Both the position numbers and the translations under genes were made by a program. The notes beneath the pieces are model-generated. The model had not been told where the DNA came from. It worked only from the letters and a program-made list of their open reading frames with translations, and searched no databases. Shown here one piece after another: positions 52,086 through 64,000 of a stretch of DNA of 64,000 nucleotides (its first letter is position 1; each line of letters opens with the position of its first letter). Source of the DNA: Owenia fusiformis (Eukaryota); the NCBI GenBank assembly GCA_903813345.2, contig CAIIXF020000001.1:29388001-29452000 (forward strand), written 5' to 3'.

Positions 52086-54288
52086 CTGAAAGCAGAACAA
52101 ATATTGATTACCTTACAATCATTTTTGTTTTTTGCCGAGAGCACAAACTTTTTCTACCTTTAATGCAATCATCTCAAAGGAGGAATTTTCTGCCCCTATT
52201 GACTCCATATCCTCTCCCTTCATCTAGAGCTTGTATTTTAATAACATCAATGACCCTGCCTATCAGAGTTTGAGTACGTTTTCATTAATTTTAGAGCAGT
52301 GTGGATATCTTGCACGTTTACATAATATCCAAACCAAGCATTTTCTTACAAAATCACACGCCCTTGCACAAAGAAAATTGCAAACTTCTCTTTGAAAAAC
52401 CAGGTTTTATGAATCTTATATTTAAGTAAGGGAAATAACATGCATTCAAAGCACAAACGCATTCATATTCTCTATATGGTAAATGGCAGTTTGGTTACCA
52501 TCTGATACTGAAGAAATCATGGAATATCAATGGATAGGGAACAGAGTACTGAAAATATTCTATAATTCATTGCAGGGGAACAATTTCCGAAATGGGTCAA
52601 ATAATCTGGTCAATGTCTCCTATGATACCAGACTGGTATTAATTTCTGTTCTGTTGATGAAAGAAATGATTCTAAATAATTGACTCAAATAGCCTCTAAA
52701 CTGGTTCACACAGAGCATGTTGGAAATGATGTTGTGGTAGGTGGTTTCATCAGGTTACTGCATCACGAATCAACCAAATCATGACATGCTGGGATACATC
52801 ATAAACTGTAGAGGAAGATATATATCCAGCAATATCTGATGAACAGGAGACCCAGATCGCTTTATAATTCAACAACTCCCACAAACTGATCCAAGATGGG
52901 ATATTTGACCAGGTCACCCTATACTACAGAGGGTATGGTTTGTTATGGTATCATGCCCTACTCCATCAACATTCATCTTATCAACAATTCTAAACTAATA
53001 ACTGTTCTTCATGAAAACAAACAATCTTAAGCAAGTAAAACTCAGTTTCATTAAAAACAGTTTTTTGGCATGGTTAGAAGAATCAAATGTGTGTTAAATT
53101 ATCCATGTCTACCAACATTTTGAATTTTGACCACCAATACAGACACACTAAGTATGCAATTACTTACACAAACCGGTATCTAAAATTGCATAGTTATATG
53201 AGGTCAATCATCTGGCAACCCCTTGACTTAGAGGGCCTTCAAAAACTAGTACAGTATACAGTTTTGGCAATAAATAATAAGTCATGGATTTACTGAAGTG
53301 AGGTTTGCCGGTTTTCCCATGCTAAAAATAAAATAATTTTCAAGAGGCCATATATCAGTGGATGAGAGTATACGAATTGTAAAATATACAAATTTTAGGA
53401 GATACGTACGTCGTATCTAGATAATATTGATAACCATGGGGTTTCAAACCACCATGGTTTGGTAACTCATTTATGTTTTGCCCAAACTATATGTGTATCC
53501 ATTTGCAATGATCAATTTATGTATCTATGGAAACCATAAAAAATTTTGTTTATGGTTTCCATACATACTGTAACTTATCTTACATAATGTTTGAGCTACC
53601 AGCTGCCATCCCAGCAGAATTTTTCAAAACAATTGAAAGACACAATGCACTACTGAAACTATATCAAAGGCCAACATTTGGGTGGTCTTTGACTTTTGAA
53701 CTTTCAAGGCAATTATCCATAATTCCTTGAAAATAAAGGGAAAAAATCTTGGTAAATATTTCTCAAACCCATGACACAAACCATTGGTATTAATTTCTAA
53801 GGATTCTCTGAGTGAGATCACTTTCTCTTATTCTAAACATACCAAAATCTAAATAGACTTTGGGAACAGAGAGATGTCTCTTGTTTCTGCTCTTTTACTT
53901 TATCATTTCTAAACTAACGTAATATTGAAAATGCCTGCATTATTTTCTACACATATAGACTATAATACATCATTAGTGGTCTATTACTTTTTCTCTGTTG
54001 TACTTAGTTGTACTTAGCTGAACATGCAAAAAGGCCAAATGGACTTGGGCCTCTTTAATCTCTCTTGAACATACAGGCTGGGCTAAAAAAGTTGATAATC
54101 TTCATCATTGCTTGGTTCTCCGAGGTTTCTAGGACAAGAAATAAGGCAAGAAAAGTGAAATAAAATTCATTTTCTCAAATGATATAATAACCTGACTGCT
54201 TCAAAATTCTAGAGCAATTAATATCAGTAGATTATAGTTTAATTTGCTTCTTTAAAAGTAAAGCTTCATATATCATATAATTAAGTCT

Positions 54289-54830
54289 TTTATCCCATAC
54301 TTGGACGTGTTACGGGTACATAAAGCCGGTTTGTAAAAACTTATATTTTCATCAGCGGGCAGATATAGCTTTACGTCCCGCTCTGAGCGGGCAGATATAC
54401 TATATCTGCCCGCTACGTCATAATCGCTGTTCCCGTATTGGTTCTTTTTTGTAACGTTCGCATACTGTAAACGACAATGGAGAAAAACGCAGACAATCTC
54501 GACCTGTTTGATGCTTTAAAAAAGGGAAGGAGCAGTGTACCGGCGTTAATAATCAAAGATTTGAATAGGAAAGAAACAGGAATACAAAACTGGACATGAA
54601 TATTTTAAGAATATTCCACGGTTGGTTGCAAAGTTTCTGAACTTTGGCAAATTGAACAATGTGATTGGTATGGGATAAACAGATCATCCTATAGTCGGTT
54701 CAGGATATTTGGATTATCCCTTGGCCAATATAATATATCTACCCTCGGGACCTACGGCCCTCGGGCAGATATATTATATTGGCCTCGGGATAATCCCAAT
54801 ATCCTGAACCTCATATAGGATAATCTCTAT
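54289..54830. mobile_element. Crypton-like hairpin element
   Basis: Inverted repeat TTTATCCCATAC (54289) / GTATGGGATAAA (54668), internal AGCGGGCAGATATA...TATATCTGCCCGCT hairpins, long terminal hairpin about 54683-54830. Confidence 0.7.
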
Positions 54831-55218
54831 ATACTGAGGGTACGAGATCAATCTTTTTTGAATAATAACCACAGGAAATTATACAAGATTTCAGTAGTTA
54901 TTCTGTCTAATAAGTACCCAGACAGGGTTATATAAGACCCTTTAGACACTATGTCAAATGATAATCTGCAAATCCATTCAGGTAACCATGTTAATCCAGA
55001 ACAGTCTGTTATAATCTTCATGAAGCATGTCAGTTATTTCTCCATTAACATACTTTATTTGTGACAGTTGAGTGGTTTCTCTAAATCGCACAATTGTTCT
55101 AAGTTCATGTAAAATGTTTCAGATATCATTGATATATGCACTCGTTAGCTTTGCTCTCTCGTGCAGATAACAATATCACCTCGTAGATATTCCTCAAAAT
55201 CATAGGATATCCTATAGT

Positions 55219-55395
55219 TATGGCATTGTATGGCAAGACAATATGAAGATATTCTATATTATGGCATTGTAAGGCAAGACCATATAAATATGGTAAGATA
55301 TTCTATTATGGCATTGTATGGCAAGACAATATAAATATGGTAAGATATTCTATCATGGCATTGTATGGCAAGACAATACAAATATGGTAAGATAC
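55219..55395. repeat. Minisatellite, ~47-bp unit x4
   Basis: ATGGCATTGTATGGCAAGACAATATAAATATGGTAAGATATTCTAT repeated, first copy shortened. Confidence 0.9.
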
Positions 55396-58300
55396 CGTCA
55401 GTGAAATGACATTGCATGGAATGTAAAACCATGGTAAGGCATGTGAAGTATTCACAATAGATGTGTTAAAAATGCTTTTTGTCAATTATCATACTCAGAA
55501 CACATAAAAGTGTGGCATACAATGACCCCAAAATGTCCTTAAAGATATGATATAGAGTACACATGACAGATATGACTTGTTTGCATAATGGTGATATTTC
55601 TTGTCTCAGACAAAGATGGCATTTATTGCATGTCTCAGACAATGTACGTACCTCATATGTTCATTATAAAAATCATTCAAAACAATACAAAAATTATCCT
55701 AAAAATTACTAAATAACACATGCATAATGCATTCATTGTCTCAACAGAGTTTTAATCTAATGCAATGTGCTAATAATCATTAATCCATGATGAGATAATC
55801 CAATACAGAAATAGGGTACAATGTATGCAGATTATTCTTTGCTTGAGGGAGTGTTACCAAAGGTGTGGTAAGCCGGTAAGTGGTATTCATACTTTCCTCT
55901 TAACAATTGACTTCTGCAAAGTGAGAATGAATTCCCTTGTTTTCCAGTTAATACAAATGTACACAATCATTTGATTACTGAAACTTAATCTTACAAATTC
56001 AGTATTAGAAAATAATTAAAAGCTGTAATATCAATATTTATTTTTTGTATTTTATTTGTTCTTGTATAATCCACAGGTTGGTAAGGTACACCAAAAAGCC
56101 CATATGCTGTTTGAAGATTGTGTAACACATGTATGTACTGGTATCAAACATGGTGAACTGGCCCTTGAAATAAATCAAAATGTTTGATTGTGTAGTTTTA
56201 TAACAAGATAATGTATAACAATCTTAAAAAGGAAATACCAGACTAAACTATAGCTAACAATAAATAACTTTTAACTCCTATGAATCATAAAGTCTAAATT
56301 TCAGACAGGTAAAACCACAAACAAAGTTTCTCCTCTTAAAAAGTCTGGTTAGGTCTTTTGCTTGTGGATTGGCTTTCATTCAGAACTACATTGGTTACAA
56401 ATTAGGAGGTAATGTACCACAAAATAATGAACATGGAAAAATATTGAATATATATTATTTGCACCCAACATTCATGATATTATATAAGCTGACATTTTTT
56501 GAAATTTCTGATCATATTCATATAGTATGTACAGTTGGTTTTCACCTATTTTTAACCTGCAACTAGCACTGACATAAACAAACATTTACGCATACATATA
56601 CAATAGCAAAATACATCTTGAGAACTACCTGAGAACAGCTTTATCATAAATGAAATACCTACAACAAAACCTCTAAGATCATATTTAACTCAGTTTACTT
56701 TTATTTAGTTCGAGTAGAGTATTTTTGAGCATTCCAAAATTTTTTACCTTTTACCTTTGTGATACTCATGCCATCTCCTTTCTTACAACTGATAGCAAAT
56801 GTGCAGTATGTCTTGATAACTGAATCTAGTTACATTAAGCTGTGCGTAAGATGGAAGGGAGGGAGGGGAATCCTAATTTCAATTGTAATTGAAAGATCAA
56901 AATGTCCTGATCCATTTTATAGAAGACACTTTCATCATCATGTGGAAACACATGTTTTGTCCAGATACTAGACCCCATGAGGTGGTTTCATCTTAAACAG
57001 AGCAGTTTGTTATAAAAGAGAACACTTCTGTAGCACACTGGGAATCATTTCCACCGTTTCCAAGTGGCTAAAAATACATACACCTCAGACTGTCAAAATT
57101 AACTGTTGTCTTAACTACCCACACAGTGTTGCTATGGTTACCCATCATAATGGCTGCAATCTAAGGAGGTTCATGGCTATTCCATCCATCAAAGAAAAGA
57201 ACTTTGAAAAATGGGGCAACCCAGCAACCCATACTCTCCAAACCTGAGAGCAACCATAGGGGCAAACTGGGTTGTCATAACTTAGACAAATTATAGAGGA
57301 ACAGAAAACAATTTTGTGAGTGTTATACTGATTGGCAAATATATTACATTTTGGATGAAGGATAGATAGAAAAAACTCCTGCAAACTTTGAGTCCAGATC
57401 AAGTATACTGTGAAGTACTCGCAGGAATGTTCTGTTACAAATGAAATTCCAATATTACTTGAGGGCTTAAACCTCATGGCCAGTGGGAATATATATATAT
57501 AACTTGTGATAATGTTGGATAAAATACTTATACAATAAAAGCCTAACAGACGTTTTCTTAATGGATAAAGGACATGTATTTCCCTTACAGTCATATGCTT
57601 TGGTAACATGCACAATTTAGTGATACAAAGCACTGTACGTTATTGCCAAATATGTAATGCCTTACATCCCGACTTTACCCCCTTTTATATCATACCCCCA
57701 GTTACCAAATATGGGGTTCAAGACCTCATCTACCAGTTCCTTCCAACTTTGAGTTGGGTGTGTTGTAGAAAGGGAATAGGAACAAATAGATTAAATGCCC
57801 AAGACCAAATACGCAATACATACTCTTCAGATTTGTGAAATATCAACAGTGTTTGTTTCCCAAACCTGTATTGATGAGAATGACCTATTTCTTGCATCAA
57901 GTCCACAACATATAATTAGGAGATGTTACAATTATGACAATGACAATGTCTATTATATGTGTTTGGTGGGCAGTTTGGCACAGATATATGACTTAATAAG
58001 CCATGAACATGTCAAAATGTCACCACCTGGTACGTTATTGCAGTCGTTACAAAAGTGTAACCATTTGTTACATAATGCCGACTACTGATGCCGAATAGTA
58101 GTTGCAAAAAGTGACTAACACAATACTTCTTACATGGTAAAATAAAAATCAAATTTGATATTTGATCATCACATTCATATAATATTCCCCTGGTTTCATC
58201 AAATACCACAAATACTTCATGAAAAGTTGTATTTGTCTCAAGGGAAACAGCTTAGTGATGGAAAGCTGAAAGGTATTACTGTTAGGCAGAACAAGATCAA

Positions 58301-61300
58301 GAGGGACGAAGCAACCACTGTGAAATCACATTAATAGTAAAGTCAATGGAATAAGAAATCAAATTCATTCATGTAGCATAAAATTCTTAAATTCCTTTTA
58401 AAGTACAAGTAACCAATAAATATAAACTGGTATCCATCAGATAGTCTGTTCTAAGCTCTTGATTTCATGCCACATGGTTGGTAGAATATAACTTGGATCT
58501 GGTGCAAGTTTCGTACATTTTTATCCATTTTCAGATTAACAGACTGACCTAGTTTAACCTAAAAGAAAACTATCAAATTTTGGCAGGAACTTTTAACATT
58601 ATATTTTATTTTTGAAAATTGGTGCACTAAACCAGAGGAGGACAATCAAGGGTTGATTTAGGAGATGAATCCTGTGTAAGAACACCAAGTGCGCCAATGC
58701 ATAATGAATCAGAGCATAACAGGTGTTTCTGAGGAAGCTATTTCAGAATCCAGATACAGCAAATTAAATTGAATTACATTGTTTATGCGCAAAATTAGAA
58801 CAAGATGTAGACAAAACAATCCTCATACTTCCCTATATAGGGGTGGATCACATAATCTATAAAAGAGGGGTCAAATGTCCAATACCATAGTATAGTCCAA
58901 TTAAGTGGAAACCTTTTTGGGTTACTATTTTCTGAAAATCAAACTCCTCAAAAGACAATGCTTTTCCTGATGATTATTGAAAGGCAGCCATAATGAAGCC
59001 ATGTTAACATGCTACTTATGAAGGAGAAGCTCTCAACCAGGTATACACTTCTCTGTATACATGATCTAGCTGATAAGAGTTGTTATTTAGGTCAGAAACC
59101 AAGAATATTTATGTAAACATGAGTTAATTAGTATACATGTATACTGTAAAGTGGAAGAATGCTGATGATGCCACGCCACAAGAGTGCTGATGATCCTATG
59201 CTACAGAGAGGTGAAGAAGAGTCTGCTATCTGTACAAGATAATAGCACTACCAGGAAATACTGTAAGGAACAGTCAAGATGTTTGTTAGTGCACATGTTG
59301 CATAAGAAAATCTGCTAGACAAGTTATAAATTCCTAGTCTCTGCAGAACCTCATACCTTCTAAAATCAGATCGCAAGGTGGACTGGTAGAATGAGTAAAA
59401 GGAAACTACTGAACTATGGCTTACTAGTTTTAGAGTCAATATTTCATTTTTCCAGGCATCAAAACAATTTATATCAGGAAAGGTTCAAATATTTCCAACT
59501 AGGTGGGAGTTTTCCATGTTTTGGTTAAGATGCCCATCTGATTATGGTATAAAGATTAAAATAACCTATGATATTGAATAAAGACAAAACCAGCCAAAAT
59601 AAACTCATGAATGTATTCAGTCATAAATACCTTACCTCAGAAAAACAATCACACCAATGTAACACTCAAAGGGTCTTTGACAAGCTATATAGCCTTGGAC
59701 TAACAAGTGGACAGAGGAACTACCTTATCTAAAGGTATTTAATCCTGTTGACCCAACGTATCACCTTTGATACCTTGATGTAGTAAGATATAGGAAGCAT
59801 TATATGCATATTGTACTTAACCGTAATGTTATTCATATAAAGTGAGGATTTTCCCAGACTGCTTATAAGGAGTAACTTATAATTTGCCAGGGGAAAACAT
59901 CAACATTTCAAATGTTTGTCCAGATATCAATAGTTGAATGAACTCAAATTTTGAAAATAAAATTATGCTCTCCTTGATAAACTATAACTTTTTAGCTATT
60001 AGTCCTAGAAGCAGTTTTTATAAAATATATAATAAAAATATATTTGTGTGATTTCCAATTTTTTTATTCAGTGAACTTCAGATATGCAGGTTACATTTAT
60101 ACCACAGTATACCATCCATTGAAACAGGAAAGTCACAACTTAAACTTGATATAAGTAAAAGTGTGAATGACCCCCTCCCTTAGGCTATCTCTAGATAATG
60201 AGCAATGTTTACAAACCATATCAACTAATTATAACAGATAGGCTCAAGTGATACACAACAACAATAACCTGGGCTGTTAATCTATGTTTAGACTGATAAG
60301 TCAAGAGAATTTTAAGAACAGTTTAATTCATATTTAACATGTATAAGTAACACCAGAGGGTCATATTGCATGATATAATGTAACTATGAACTGTTAAGTC
60401 TGTTGTTGTCAGGTTAAGAAGGTAAGAGGTAAGTTTATGTTGAATGAAAAACATAGCAACTCCCCAGAATAACAGTTTCACTCATCTTATGCTCATAAGA
60501 AACCAACCTATAAAAGGTACAAATCCACTAACTTATATTTGACCTTTCAAATCTAGGGGTGGGGTATTTAGGGCAATAGATGAGACACGACACTTGATGC
60601 AAGCCTGAATGAAATAACGATTTTTTCAAACCTTAATAACTGTTCATTTGTTAACTTTCCAAATGCTGACAGTATGAATCTTGAAACAAATGTATAATTA
60701 TTATATCCACATGTAAGCTATATGCTCTGTTGGACGTGTCATGCCTCAAATCCCTTCAACCTATATTATACTCTATAAACTTTGTATAAGCACTCATACC
60801 CCCCACTCCCAGAACACCGTGAACATCTACATGATCGAAATTATCATTATAGGAAATGCATATTTTAAGATCATTTGAAAGCTCAGTATAATCCACAGTT
60901 ATATGATCAACACCTGACATAATCAAAACTGCAATCAGAGTTATATCAGCTAGATAGGCTCAAACATGCTGTGTATTTATGTTTTATGCCAACTTATATA
61001 TATATATGAATTATTTAAAAAAGCTAGATTACTTTTTAAGCTTATATAAACTGAATCATAATTGGTAAGTTTAACTGATGACAAGCTTTTCTTTTTATTA
61101 AAGTTTTTAACATGTTAAAGTAATTAATTCATTAACATATAAAGTAGATTTTCTATAGTTTCTAGGGACCTTACAATAGGATGGTGATATTATATGTAGA
61201 CTATGTAACCCTACCCTGCAGCCCAAAGGCTAGTGGTAATTATTTTAAGACAAAGCTCTGTTTTCAAACATCTTGGATTTCAGATATATGAAATTGAAAA

Positions 61301-63258
61301 TCAAACAAGAAACTGAGCATGGTTTAAAAAGATGCAAAATCAAACTCTTAAAAAGGTATAACCTAAAATAACATAGATTTTGGGGGATATACTCTTTCAC
61401 TGAAAGATTTAATCATTACCATACTTGATTGATGCTTTATATAGAACTTACATGTAACCTCAAATACTGGTAACATAAACACAAACATTTCATCAAAATG
61501 GGAAAAAGCGCAGAATTTGTTTGACATGATTGCAAAAAATTAGGCATTTCCTCTAAAGAGTAATCTCATGGAACTGAGTAGGGGTTTCTTTCACCTTTCA
61601 TGTCCACTTCATTACTGACAAAAAATGAACCAGAATCATTCCTTTAATTCTCTAGAGATTTTCCCAAACATTAAATGTCTTGGATTTAACACTTAGTGGT
61701 AAAATAGACATTATAATAAAAATGTTACATATACAAAATTTATTTTGATGATTATTTGAGATAATAACCAGTGTTGAAATGAAAATGCATTGCATAAGGC
61801 AGAGGGGAGGGGAGCTTAACTCTTGATCTCTCTTATATCTATTACGTTATACTTGTTTTATTTCTTTGAGAACCATACATAGAAGAATTGACAAGGGATT
61901 TGTCAATGAAATAATGAATTTTTTTATAACTGCTCAGTTATTATAGGTGCAAATATAGCAATAAGAAAACCTAACATTGTGTGAAAGCCTCTAAGAAGAA
62001 ACCAAAACTGAAGATGAGCTTATCTTGTGAGTAGAAACTAATTAAACAATCTAAATAGCCTCTTCAGGCCACAAATCTTCTTTTGATGCCTTACTGGCCT
62101 CACTATGTGGTGTGATAGAGTGCAAGTGATCAATCTAAACTACCCAGGTCATCTCCTTTGTCTTGTGTCAGGCTTGTGTGTTATCTAACCCCCCCCCTTC
62201 CCTCCTCATTCTCTTCCTCACAGGAGAGAGTGGATAGAACCATAAATATAATTTTAGATTACTCATCTCCTCTACCCCCTCCCCCTTCATCGAGTGATGT
62301 TTTAGAGAAAACGTATTACCCTTAATATTTCTGGATGGTATCTTTCCAGGTTAAGTGAAGGAAGATCTGAGGGGCTTTTAGCCAAGATTTTTCAACAAGT
62401 ATTTTACCAAACTATACATGCATGTGTAAGTGGCAGGCTTGGGATATTTTAATTGTTATAGTTTCCCATGTTATCGTCCAATACATCAACCAATGTCCTC
62501 TGACAAACTTGTATAAAAATCTATTATTTCTTGAAAGCAGCTTCAGCAATTTTGTTAAATTCATCAAACGTTTTTAACAAAGGACCACTAATGTAAATGA
62601 GAAAACTCAATCTGGTATGAAACATTGTTATATAATAATGGGCCCAATATCAATGGATTCAATACATTTTGGGGTCAAACCAACTGCAGTTATGAAAATT
62701 ATACACCACACACAGTTAAAAAATTATGAAAACTTGAATGATTGAAAATAACCCAGTGAACTCTTGACTTGTTCCCTAATTCTAAATAACATATCATATT
62801 AAAACATTGCATAGAAACTGCAGTTCGACATGATTTGTGATATGTTATTTATAAAGCACCAGTACAAGTTACTGTTACTTATAAACATGTACATTGTACA
62901 GTGGGTGCAAAGGCAACTTATAAGCCTAATGGTACAAAATAGTTTAACCCGTTAATAAAACATAATATCGGCATTTATGATACTTGACTTATGATTTATA
63001 CCTATTTGATACCCTTTTATCTGCCTTCTTATGGCCAAGAATTTTAATCAAGTTTTTAAAGTCTGGTTGGGCATGCAACAAAACAAGATGGTTTTTCAGA
63101 TATTCAAGATCTATTGCATAACAAAAATAACCCCACACAATAGTCAGATAGTAAATCAATTGAAACTGAAAGTTAGGCTAAAAATATAAACAAGAATTAT
63201 AGACTTGCTAAAATTATGAGGCAACGAGTTAGGAAACTTGAATATGTAATATACTTAC

Positions 63259-63351
63259 ACTTGCAGAGTCAGCCAAAGTTTGCACCAGTAAAAGCGAGAA
63301 TGCAACCAACCAAAGAGTCCTAAGCGGAGAGAGGACCGCTGTTCCAGCCAT
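63259..63351 (-). CDS. HSPG2: Exon 1, signal peptide MAGTAVLSPLRTLWLVAFSLLLVQTLADSAS
   Basis: ATG in AAAGATGG context, hydrophobic core, GTAAGT donor at 63258-63253, phase 0 matching exon 2. A weaker in-frame ATG lies at 63363. Confidence 0.85.
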
Positions 63352-63620
63352 CTTTGGCTTCATGAACTTGCAAAGTTTTAAGACTCAATCACTCTTTTAG
63401 TCGTATCTAAGTCAGATTGAGGCTAAATCATGTGCATATCCGATAGAATGTTCACTAATACTTTATCGAATCGATGAAATGAATTTCATGCGTGTTTGCT
63501 GAGTATTTACAGTGAAAAACAGCAACGATTTAACCACTCGACCAGCGAGACTTTTAACTGAAGAGTTTCGTCTGCCTTAGATAGGCGGCTGTTCCATTAT
63601 CCGCACATACCTTATAAATC
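63352..63620 (-). promoter_or_regulatory. Putative 5'UTR and core promoter, with Inr-like TCAGTT at 63561-63556
   Basis: Locally CpG-richer stretch directly upstream of the signal-peptide ATG, TCAKTY match, then a very AT-rich block at about 63650-63790. The transcription start is not provable from sequence. Confidence 0.4.
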
Positions 63621-64000
63621 TGGCATTTAAATCTCCAATTACTCACTTTAAAATACCTTAGAATGGTAAGTAATGAAATGAATAATAACCAAATATATTG
63701 AAATAATATATTTCTATTTAATATGATTATTTGATATGAATGTAATGGGATTTTTAATTTATGAAATTTTAAAATTGAGTATTTTTTATTGTTGGAACAG
63801 CCAAGGGGTGATCCAATAAATTGTTAACGCCAATAGCTGTGATGGCCCACTTGAGATAGTCCATTACCACAGACCAATCACTTGAAACTTTTTCTACTAT
63901 TTTGATAAGTTTAGTTTGATGGTGCCCTTATGGCAGTAAAATGGGTTAAAATGTAAATGTGTAAATATAAGTAATAATGCTGATACAAGTAAACTCTGAA

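Larger units (their letters stand above)
103..63351 (-). other. HSPG2: Perlecan-like (basement membrane heparan sulfate proteoglycan core protein) gene, 5' portion; continues beyond position 1
   Basis: Domain order signal peptide - DDED/SG acidic region - SEA (YFRVTLNF...IPGEQV...GFTFRPL) - LDLa repeats matches perlecan domains I-II. All 22 exons join in frame with compatible phases. Domains III-V are not in the window. Confidence 0.82.

Noticed and set aside
55219-55395. CRISPR-like periodic repeat
   Set aside because: Whole units repeat with no unique spacers, in a eukaryotic intron; it is a minisatellite.
57145-57633. 162-aa minus-strand ORF (also 50242-50622 and 48773-49171)
   Set aside because: No recognisable domain, composition typical of AT-rich non-coding DNA, and two of them overlap repeats.

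Overview
AT-rich animal genomic DNA, probably molluscan/bivalve (inferred from the repeat types and the domain content). The window holds the 5' part of one large minus-strand gene, a perlecan (HSPG2)-like basement-membrane proteoglycan. I reconstructed 22 in-frame exons: signal peptide (63259-63351), an acidic Ser-Gly glycosaminoglycan (GAG)-attachment exon ending in a GC donor, a two-exon SEA domain with a MUC1-like FRPG/SLIV motif, a 171-codon exon encoding a globular domain I cannot name, and 17 single-domain, phase 1-1 LDL-receptor class A (LDLa) exons running to the window edge. The introns carry non-autonomous DNA elements: a PIF/Harbinger-like element with a TTA target-site duplication (TSD), a 773-bp foldback with CAC termini and a 5-bp TSD, a 378-bp element with a 9-bp TSD, and several Crypton-like hairpin elements, one nested in another. 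The main leads are the modular LDLa exon array with splicing-regulator motifs, the unnamed cassette domain and the possibly self-cleaving SEA domain. All coordinates and counts were read by eye; no searches were run.
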